From positions 61,090-125,089 of the forward strand of contig SVQI01000001.1 of assembly GCA_015065455.1 (NCBI GenBank): 64,000 nt of DNA, read 5' to 3'. Below the pieces are notes generated by a model. The model was not told the origin of the DNA. It worked only from the letters and a program-made list of their open reading frames with translations, and did no database searches. This document shows, one piece after another, positions 45,343 through 52,518 of this stretch. The number at the start of each line of letters is the position of its first letter. Positions within the stretch are counted from its first letter, which is position 1. The stretch comes from Oscillospiraceae bacterium (lineage in GTDB: Bacteria; Bacillota; Clostridia; Oscillospirales; CAG-272). The position numbers and the translations under genes are program-made.

Positions 45343-45760
45343 GAGGGTACCGAGAAAAAAACATTTTAACCCCCAAAAAACAAAAAGTATAACCTAACTT
45401 TCCATCTTTTGCAAACCAAGGAGGGTTCCGAGGGAGGAACGCCCTCGGCCGTTTGAAAGGGAGGGGTCAAGGGGAGGGGAGGATCGGAACTCTCCTCCCC
45501 TTTGTGCCTTCTTTGGTTACTTTCTTGGCACGCAAGAAAGTAACGTAAAAAAGAAAAGACAATATTATCTGTTTGAAACGTTTGCTTTTCTCTCCCTCAG
45601 TCATTTTCTAACGAAAATGCCAGCTCCCTCGTCAGATGGAGCCGAGAATTACGCGCTTCGCGCGTAAAAAGGCACAGAATGTCAGGAGCTTCGCTCCCGA
45701 ACCCACACAAAAGGAGCGCTTTTAAAAAAGCGCCCTCTTGACTCCCCCAAAACTTTTAAA
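45343..45760 (+). repeat. Mosaic intergenic repeat, locus D (S with an alternative leader, N right arm, T, H)
   Basis: Starts 2 nt after the stop codon of the GT8-acyltransferase fusion, with no terminator in between. The S module is near-identical to locus C. Confidence 0.9.
45411..45545 (+). repeat. Module S copy 4
   Basis: The G-rich hairpin AAGGGGAGGGGAG-gatcggaa-CTCTCCTCCCCTT pairs fully with one G-T. Invariant hairpin at 45516-45544. Confidence 0.7.
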
Positions 45761-45771
45761 TATTAAATAAT

Positions 45772-45806
45772 ACAAAAAGGAGCTTTTAAAAGCTCCTTTT
45801 TATTTT
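45772..45806. terminator. Bidirectional terminator (serves ymdB on the minus strand)
   Basis: Perfect 26-nt palindrome AAAAGGAGCTTTTAAAAGCTCCTTTT flanked by T-runs on both strands. Confidence 0.75.
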
Positions 45807-45814
45807 TATTCTGT

Positions 45815-46591
45815 TTAGAATTTTATTCTTCTTATGCCCACTATTTTTGTTTCGTTACCTGTCGTGTCAAAATCAAAAATAACACCGCTGAATTCAATTT
45901 CGCCCTCGGCAAACTCAAATCTTACAGGCATTTTCGTTATCATTTTTTCAATAATAATCTCGCTTTTTACTCCAAGAATAGAATTCTTCGGACCGCACAT
46001 TCCAAGGTCGGTTATATATCCGCTCCCCTTTGGCAATATCTGCTCGTCTGCCGTCTGAACGTGAGTATGTGTTCCGAATATTCCGTGTATCCGTCCGTCA
46101 AAATATCTTGCCAACGCATATTTTTCTCCCGTAGCTTCAGCGTGAATATCAAGCAAGGCTACGTCATACTTCCCTTTTTCTCTTTCAAGCACGGCTTCCA
46201 CCGCACCAAAAGGACAAGAAAGACTTTCCATATACACAGTTCCCGACACGTTCATAACCATAACTTTAACACCGGAACAATCAACTACCGTATATCCGTT
46301 CCCTGCCGAACGGCTTGGAAAATTGAGCGGTCTTACAATATACTTGCTCGAGTCAAGAAACTCTCTCAGCGAATTTTTCTGCCAGATATGGTTCCCGCCC
46401 GTTATAACGTCAACTCCATAGTCGAGTATCTGACGCGCCATTTCGGCATCAAGTCCGTTTCCTCGGCTTGCATTCTCTCCGTTTGCCACAACAAAATCTA
46501 TTTTTTCTTGCTTTCGGTAGCTCCACAGCCTTTTTCCAAGCTCCTCAACAGCCAACGGACTGACTATATCGCCAAGCGCCAAAATCTTCAT
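45815..46591 (-). CDS. ymdB: YmdB-family metallophosphoesterase (2',3'-cyclic-nucleotide phosphodiesterase family)
   Basis: MKILALGDIVS, GENASRGNG and GGNHIW motifs. The gene is immediately downstream of rny, as in B. subtilis. Confidence 0.85.
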   Translation of the reverse strand: MKILALGDIVSPLAVEELGKRLWSYRKQEKIDFVVANGENASRGNGLDAEMARQILDYGVDVITGGNHIWQKNSLREFLDSSKYIVRPLNFPSRSAGNGYTVVDCSGVKVMVMNVSGTVYMESLSCPFGAVEAVLEREKGKYDVALLDIHAEATGEKYALARYFDGRIHGIFGTHTHVQTADEQILPKGSGYITDLGMCGPKNSILGVKSEIIIEKMITKMPVRFEFAEGEIEFSGVIFDFDTTGNETKIVGIRRIKF

Positions 46592-46788
46592 ACACTATGC
46601 CCTTCTATTATTTATAAAACAGTTAATATTACCCTAAACAACAATATCACAATCCGCATTCTTGTCTTGCGGACTGTGATACCGTAAAAGTCATATAAAT
46701 ATATATTCAAACGGATTTTTCCGTTCTCTTGTTTTCGTTACGTGCTTTATATAATTATATGTAAATCCCTATCTATTAAATCCGCTTT

Positions 46789-48336
46789 TTATTTAGCGTA
46801 TTCAATAGCGCGGTTTTCTCTGATAACGTGGATCTTTATCTGACCGGGATATTCAAGATTCTCCTCGATCTTCTTAACAACGTCTCTTGCAATAAGAACC
46901 ATCTGTTCGTCGTTAACCTCATTAGGCTTAACCATAATACGAACTTCACGTCCTGCCTGAATTGCGTAAGATTTTTCAACTCCGTTGAAGCTGTTTGCAA
47001 TTTCCTCAAGCTTCTGAAGTCTCTTAATGTAGTTTTCAAGATCTTCGCGGCGAGCACCGGGTCTTGCAGCCGAAATAGCGTCTGCCGCCTGAACTATCAT
47101 AGCTATTACCGAGCGAGGCTCAACGTCGTTGTGGTGAGCTTCAATAGCGTGAATAATTTCTTTGTTTTCCTTGTACTTCTTAGCAAGGTCAACACCGATC
47201 TGTACGTGTGAGCCCTCAACTTCCTGTGTGAGAACCTTACCGATATCGTGAAGCAAGCCTGCTCTCTTTGCAAGAGTGCTGTCAGCTCCGATTTCATCGG
47301 CAATCATACCCGAAAGGTGAGCAACCTCAATAGAATGACGGAGTACGTTCTGTCCGTAGCTTGTACGGTACTTGAGTCTACCGAGCAATTTAACAAGCTC
47401 GTTGTTGAGTCCGTGAACGCCCGTTTCGAATATTGCCTTCTCGCCCGCCTGCTTAATGGTATTTTCAACCTCTTTGCGAGCCTTTTCAACAGTTTCTTCA
47501 ATTCTTGCAGGATGAATTCTTCCGTCGGAAATAAGTTTTTCAAGAGTAATTCTTGCAACTTCTCTTCTGATGGGGTCAAATCCCGAAAGAGTGATTGCCT
47601 CGGGTGTGTCGTCGATAATCAAATCAACTCCCGTAAGCGTTTCAATAGCGCGGATGTTTCTTCCCTCGCGTCCGATAATTCTTCCCTTCATATCATCGTT
47701 GGGAAGCGGTACTACGGATACCGTCGTTTCGGAAACGTGGTCTGCAGCGCAACGCTGAATTGCAAGAGAAATAATATTTCTCGCCTTGTCGTCAGCTTCT
47801 TCTTTAATCTGAGCTTCAATCTCAACGATCTTCTGCGCCGCCTCGTGTTTAACCTCGTCCTCAATTCTCTGAACGAGTTCTCTTTTTGCCTCAGCCGCCG
47901 TTATGCCTGCAATCTGCTCCAGCTTTTCCTGTTGCTGACCGCGGATAACTTCGAGCTGTTCTTTCAGTTCTTCGTTTTCCTTGATTTTACGGTTTAACTG
48001 TTCGTCCTTCTTTTCGAGCGATTCCATTTTACGCTCAAGCGCTTCTTCTCTGGATACTGCGCGACGTTCAAGTCTTGCAACCTCGTTACGTCTTTCTTTT
48101 ATCTCATTATCCAAATCTTTTCTTGAACGAAGAATTTCTTCTTTTGCTTCAATAAGTGCTTCTTTTTTCTTGGTTTCGGCTTCTTTTTCGCCTTCTTCAA
48201 CAATCTTCTTGGCTCTTTCTTCTGCCAAGCCGATCTTAGCTTCGGTTACCCTCTTGCGATAAGCAATACCTAAAACCATACCAACAGCAATACCGACTAC
48301 AAGGGCTACGATTCCAATTATGACTTTAATAATCAT
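46789..48336 (-). CDS. rny: Ribonuclease Y
   Basis: N-terminal TM helix, coiled-coil, KH domain and HD domain (LLHDIGK). I moved the start to the ATG at 48336, which follows AAGGAGG. The track ORF extends 18 codons further without an RBS. Confidence 0.95.
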   Translation of the reverse strand: MIIKVIIGIVALVVGIAVGMVLGIAYRKRVTEAKIGLAEERAKKIVEEGEKEAETKKKEALIEAKEEILRSRKDLDNEIKERRNEVARLERRAVSREEALERKMESLEKKDEQLNRKIKENEELKEQLEVIRGQQQEKLEQIAGITAAEAKRELVQRIEDEVKHEAAQKIVEIEAQIKEEADDKARNIISLAIQRCAADHVSETTVSVVPLPNDDMKGRIIGREGRNIRAIETLTGVDLIIDDTPEAITLSGFDPIRREVARITLEKLISDGRIHPARIEETVEKARKEVENTIKQAGEKAIFETGVHGLNNELVKLLGRLKYRTSYGQNVLRHSIEVAHLSGMIADEIGADSTLAKRAGLLHDIGKVLTQEVEGSHVQIGVDLAKKYKENKEIIHAIEAHHNDVEPRSVIAMIVQAADAISAARPGARREDLENYIKRLQKLEEIANSFNGVEKSYAIQAGREVRIMVKPNEVNDEQMVLIARDVVKKIEENLEYPGQIKIHVIRENRAIEYAK

Positions 48337-48497
48337 AGTGTAACTCCTCCTTAAGTCAATATCGATATGGGCAAACAAATACCTACCCATATTACATATA
48401 TTTTATAACATTTTACACAATATGTCAATAAACATTTTAACAAAATTTTAATTAATATAATATATATAATAACCAATAATTATTATATATGTACAGA

Positions 48498-48530
48498 CAA
48501 CAAAAAAAGACGTGCAAAATTTGCACGTCT
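48498..48530 (-). terminator. Intrinsic terminator of the lipoprotein gene at 48543-49283
   Basis: Minus strand: AAGACGTGCA-aatt-TTGCACGTCTT followed by TTTTTTT. Confidence 0.75.
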
Positions 48531-48542
48531 TTTCTGTTATAA

Positions 48543-49283
48543 TCAGCCAATTTTTGAGAACGAAAGAGGAAGAATCATCGCCATAACGCCGTTTCCTACG
48601 GAGTCTTCACCCAAATACTCCTTAAGCTCAAACTTATCACTCGAAAGGGTATATGAATATTCTTCATTTCCCAATAAAAGCTTTCCGTCTTTAAACTCGT
48701 ACTTGCCGTTAGATTTTTCATCCAATTCGCCGAGCAATTCGTCCTTATTCAACGATGCGAGCGCCTGCTGCTTAAATGTTTCCTCTGTCAAGTTTGCCGC
48801 AGCAAGAATTTCTTCAAAAGTAGCCGTTGTTCCTGTTGTAGAGTTATACAAATCCACTGTGTACTGCTTCATTCCTGCATAAAACTGGTCCTGAAGGAGA
48901 GTAAACATAGCGTCTGCAGAAGCTTCATCTATATACATAGTAGCCTTACCGTTGTCTGTAAATTCAGCCACCCATTTAAGTGTAAGGTTTTGAAAGTTAA
49001 AATATTTTGCCATATCGCCGAGCTGAGCTGACAACATATCACCAACGAGCTTGCCAAAGTCAAAATCAGCCGACCACTTTCCAACAATAAGCTCAGCTTC
49101 CGTCTTTTCGGTGTTGTCGTCGTTGTTTTTATCTTCGTCTTTGTTTTCATCCTTGTCATTATCTTTGTTTACGTCACTCATTTCCTTGTCGTCATCGTTG
49201 CCCTCGGGCGCCGTACAGCTCACCAAAGAAAACGCGGACAAAAGCATAATTAATACCAAAAGTAATGCAATCAGTTTTTTCAT
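48543..49283 (-). CDS. Hypothetical lipoprotein with an Asp/Asn/Lys-rich linker
   Basis: Signal peptide with lipobox LVSC. The start is set at the ATG at 49283, with AAAGGAGA 7 nt upstream. No family recognised. Confidence 0.6.
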   Translation of the reverse strand: MKKLIALLLVLIMLLSAFSLVSCTAPEGNDDDKEMSDVNKDNDKDENKDEDKNNDDNTEKTEAELIVGKWSADFDFGKLVGDMLSAQLGDMAKYFNFQNLTLKWVAEFTDNGKATMYIDEASADAMFTLLQDQFYAGMKQYTVDLYNSTTGTTATFEEILAAANLTEETFKQQALASLNKDELLGELDEKSNGKYEFKDGKLLLGNEEYSYTLSSDKFELKEYLGEDSVGNGVMAMILPLSFSKIG

Positions 49284-49484
49284 GATAAATCTCCTTTGTA
49301 TCATTATTTGTCAAAGTCGCAATAATAATTACACTGTCTGACACATATAAAGTATACCAAAAAAAGTCTTGTTTGTCAATTAACGACATTATTTTTCATT
49401 ATATAATTGACACGGTAAAAACAATTTGGTATACTTGTTATTGATATAGTATATATAAATTACATTTAAGAGGTAAAATACAAT

Positions 49485-50027
49485 ATGAAGTGGCTTATTG
49501 CATCAGACATTCACGGTTCAGAGTTTTATTGTAAAAAGCTTCTCAAGGCATTCGAGAGAGAAGGAGCCGACAAAATATTATTACTCGGGGACGTGCTTTA
49601 TCACGGCCCGAGAAACGACCTGCCGAAAGACTACGCGCCAAAATCAGTTATTTCTATGCTTAACGCATTAAAAGAAAAAATAATGTGCGTAAGAGGGAAC
49701 TGCGACACCGAGGTTGACCAAATGGTGCTTGAATTTCCCGTCCTTGCCGACTACGCGATTCTTGCAGTTGGCAACAGAATGATTTACGCGACACACGGGC
49801 ACAAGTACGGCCCCGACAAGCTTCCGCCGTTACAGGAAGGCGACGCTTTGCTTTTCGGTCACATCCACGTACCGAAATGCTACACGGAAAATGGAATTTT
49901 AATCTTAAATCCGGGCTCCGTTTCCATTCCAAAAGAAAACTCGGAGCATTCTTATATGATTCTTGACGATAGTAAATTGTATTGGAAAAATCTTGACGGG
50001 GAAGAGTACGACAGTTTTGTCCTTTGA
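49485..50027 (+). CDS. YfcE/MJ0936-family phosphodiesterase
   Basis: Motifs SDIHGS, LLGDVLYHGPRN, RGNCD, THGH and GHIHVP. Confidence 0.8.
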   Translation: MKWLIASDIHGSEFYCKKLLKAFEREGADKILLLGDVLYHGPRNDLPKDYAPKSVISMLNALKEKIMCVRGNCDTEVDQMVLEFPVLADYAILAVGNRMIYATHGHKYGPDKLPPLQEGDALLFGHIHVPKCYTENGILILNPGSVSIPKENSEHSYMILDDSKLYWKNLDGEEYDSFVL

Positions 50028-50049
50028 CCTGCATAATACGGAGGAAAAA

Positions 50050-50670
50050 ATGAAAAAGACAGTTTCAAGAGCAACGTTGGGCAGAGTTCCCGTCTACTTA
50101 AAATGTTTAAAATCATTACCTGAAGATGAAAAATACGTTTCAGCCACAAAAATTGCAACAAAGCTAAAGCTTGGCGACGTTCTCGTAAGAAAAGACCTTC
50201 AGGCGATAAGCGGAGAGGGAAAACCCAAGGTCGGATATGAAAAAAACGAGCTTATAGAAAAGCTCGCCGAATATCTTGAAAACGTAGACAAAAGAAACCG
50301 CGCTGTCATAGTCGGTGCAGGTAAATTGGGGTGCGCTTTACTTTGCTACGGCGGATTCAAAGATTTTGGAGTTGATATAGTTGCCGCCTTTGACAACGAC
50401 GAAAAAAAGGTTGGAACGGTCGTCGGGGGGAAAAATATATATTCTATTGACGAATTTGAAAAATTCTGCACGGAAAACGAAATAAACATAGGAATTATAA
50501 CAGTTCCGTCAGCATTTGCACAAAGCGTGTGTGACAAAATGGTTTCTTGCGGAGTCAAGGCGATATGGAATTTCGGTTCGGCATCGCTCAACGTTCCTGA
50601 AAACATTATCGTTCAGCAAGAAAACCTTGCATTATCACTCGCATATCTCAACGTCTTAATAACAAATTAA
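50050..50670 (+). CDS. rex: Redox-sensing transcriptional repressor Rex
   Basis: N-terminal winged helix (TLGRVPVYLKCL) and Rossmann motif VGAGKLGCAL. The start is set at the ATG at 50050 after GGAGGA. The track ORF start at 49963 overlaps the previous gene. Confidence 0.85.
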   Translation: MKKTVSRATLGRVPVYLKCLKSLPEDEKYVSATKIATKLKLGDVLVRKDLQAISGEGKPKVGYEKNELIEKLAEYLENVDKRNRAVIVGAGKLGCALLCYGGFKDFGVDIVAAFDNDEKKVGTVVGGKNIYSIDEFEKFCTENEINIGIITVPSAFAQSVCDKMVSCGVKAIWNFGSASLNVPENIIVQQENLALSLAYLNVLITN

Positions 50671-50678
50671 AACACGTC

Positions 50679-50772
50679 AATTATTGAAATTTTTTGAAGA
50701 TTCCAAAGGGGCTTTTTTCAAAAAGCCCCTTTGGCGTGGTTTCAGGAGTGGAACTCCTGACATTTTGTGCCT
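50679..50772 (-). repeat. Mosaic intergenic repeat, locus I (reverse orientation; second T hairpin plus H)
   Basis: The reverse complement reads GGCACAAAATGTCAGGAGTTCCACTCCTGAAACCACGCCAAAGGGGCTTTTTGAAAAAAGCCCCTTTGGAATC... This is collinear with GGCACAGAATGTCAGGAGCTTCGCTCCCGAACCCACACAAAAGGAGCGCTTTTAAAAAAGCGCCCTCTTGACTC at 45671-45742. Confidence 0.8.
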
Positions 50773-50776
50773 CTAC

Positions 50777-50808
50777 AAAAAAACAGGAGCATTTGCTCCC
50801 GTTTTTTA
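50777..50808. terminator. Short bidirectional hairpin terminator between rex (+) and the UPF0371 gene (-)
   Basis: GGAGC-attt-GCTCC with an A-run before and a T-run after. The stem is short, so confidence is modest. Confidence 0.5.
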
Positions 50809-52293
50809 TTTATGATAAAGCTTCTTTGTATTATACTGCGGTTCGCAGGTAAGGTCAATTCCTAATTTTCTGTAAACGTCAACGTCAACAGGTGAAAGAA
50901 TAACCGTAGAATGAGCCTGACAGCCTCGCAGTTTTTCAAGCTGTTCCATCGCCAACTTTGCAACGTCCGATGTCGATGCGGAAATCGCAAGCGCTATCAA
51001 AGCTTCGTCCGTATGTAAACGCGGATTATGGTTTCCGAGTGTTTTGACCTTAAGCTCCTGAATAGGTTCTATTGTTTCGGGCGCAATCATCATCGTTTCC
51101 TTCGGCAATTGTGCCAACGCTTTAACTGCGTTAAGAAGCGCGGCTGACGCAGCCCCGAGGAGTTTTGAAGTCTTTCCCGTCACAATAGTTCCGTCGTTAA
51201 GCTCAATAGCAACGGCGGGCTGATTATTAGTCTCTATAGAACGGCTTATCGCACTTTTAACAGTCTTTCTGTCATCTGACGAAATCTTCGCCTGATTCAT
51301 CAAAACCTCAATCTTTTCAATAACAGCAGGCTTTACCTTTCCGTATCTCTGGTCGCACAAAGCGGCAAAATAACGGCGGATAATTTCCTGATTTGAAGCT
51401 TCTCTTACCACCTCGTCGTCAATAATGCAGTTCCCTACCATATTAACGCCCATATCTGTGGGTGATTTATACGGACTTTCGCCCTTTATTCTCTCAAAAA
51501 TCGCATTGAGAACGGGGAATACCTCAACGTCTCTGTTATAGTTTACCGCAGTTTCTCCGTACGCTTCAAGGTGATAAGGGTCTATCATATTTATATCGTC
51601 AAGGTCAGCTGTCGCCGCCTCGTAAGCAAGGTTAAGCGGGTGCTTCAACGGAACGTTCCAAATAGGGAAGGTCTCAAATTTCGCGTACCCCGCCTTTATG
51701 CCCCTCTCATTCTCGTGGTACAGCTGCGAAAGGCAGGTCGCCATCTTTCCGCTTCCGGGACCGGGAGCTGTTACCACAACAAGAGGTCTTTCGGTTTCTA
51801 TATATTCGTTCTTTCCAAAGCCCTCGGCACTCACGATATGCTCAACGTCGTAAGGATATCCTGCAATAGGGCAGTGTATATACGTCTTTATTCCGAGTGA
51901 TTCAAGTCTTTCCTTAAACTTCAACGCGGCGGGCTGGTCATTATACTTGGAAATAACAACACTTCCAACGTAAAGTCCAAACTCTCTGAAAGCGTCAATA
52001 AGTCTCAAAACGTCGTTATCGTAAGAAATACCGATATCGCGTCTTATCTTCATATTCTCTATATCGCAAGAGCTGATAACGATAACAATTTCAACGTCAT
52101 TTGCAATATTTTTGAGCATCTGGAGCTTACTGTCAGGCTTAAATCCTGGCAGAACGCGTGAAGCATGATAGTCGTCAAAGAGCTTGCCGCCGAATTCAAG
52201 GTAAAGCTTACCCCCAAAATCCGCTATTCTCTCTGCAATTTGCTCCGACTGCTTTCTTATATATTCATCGTTGTCAAAGCCTATACGGACCAC
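50806..52293 (-). CDS. UPF0371/DUF1846-family protein
   Basis: The 495-aa length and the N-terminal IGFDNDEYIRKQSEQI pattern match my memory of the UPF0371 family. GTG start lies 9 nt after AAGGAG. Confidence 0.7.
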   Translation of the reverse strand: MVRIGFDNDEYIRKQSEQIAERIADFGGKLYLEFGGKLFDDYHASRVLPGFKPDSKLQMLKNIANDVEIVIVISSCDIENMKIRRDIGISYDNDVLRLIDAFREFGLYVGSVVISKYNDQPAALKFKERLESLGIKTYIHCPIAGYPYDVEHIVSAEGFGKNEYIETERPLVVVTAPGPGSGKMATCLSQLYHENERGIKAGYAKFETFPIWNVPLKHPLNLAYEAATADLDDINMIDPYHLEAYGETAVNYNRDVEVFPVLNAIFERIKGESPYKSPTDMGVNMVGNCIIDDEVVREASNQEIIRRYFAALCDQRYGKVKPAVIEKIEVLMNQAKISSDDRKTVKSAISRSIETNNQPAVAIELNDGTIVTGKTSKLLGAASAALLNAVKALAQLPKETMMIAPETIEPIQELKVKTLGNHNPRLHTDEALIALAISASTSDVAKLAMEQLEKLRGCQAHSTVILSPVDVDVYRKLGIDLTCEPQYNTKKLYHK

Positions 52294-52518
52294 GCTTTTC
52301 CACTCCTTACTCCAAAAATTTCAAAATATTAAAAAAACACTAATTATTATACTACTTTTGTAAAATCGTGTCAATAAAAAGAACACACTTTTGTAAAAAA
52401 AGTTGTATTATAACCCTTTAACGCGTATTGATTTATGCATTCGTTTGTGTTATCATTAATATAGGGTATATATTTAAATTGTATATAATAAAATTTTGCA
52501 AAAAAGGAGGGGGTCATT

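Noticed and set aside
45639-45675. GAGCCGAGAATTACGCGCTTCGCGCGTAAAAAGGCAC, considered as group II intron domain V (GAGCC... start, about 35 nt hairpin). I first read the loop as a UUCG tetraloop.
   Set aside because: On recount the loop is a TTC triloop on an 8-bp stem, not C(UUCG)G. The lower stem is only about 3-4 bp, with a symmetric internal loop instead of the 2-nt bulge of domain V. No other intron domains or an RT/maturase ORF are present.
45732-45760. TTGACT / TTGACA hexamers in the conserved tail of module H, considered as outward-facing promoters
   Set aside because: In most copies no acceptable -10 hexamer lies 16-18 nt downstream; the TTTAAT/TAATAA candidates are 10-13 nt away. 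Only the truncated copy at 7178 gives TTGACA-18-GATAAT, and it points at the 3' end of a convergent gene.
46648-46678. The hairpin CACAATCCGCA/TGCGGACTGTG between rny and ymdB, considered as a terminator or attenuator
   Set aside because: On the minus strand it is followed by ATATTGTTGTTT, which is only weakly U-rich, and ymdB is expected to be co-transcribed with rny. The evidence is too weak to list it as a feature.
46061-47997. Plus-strand ORFs of 208 aa (46061-46687) and 249 aa (47248-47997) opposite ymdB and rny
   Set aside because: Both are antisense to genes with clear family motifs and have skewed S/F/N/L-rich translations. They are shadow ORFs.
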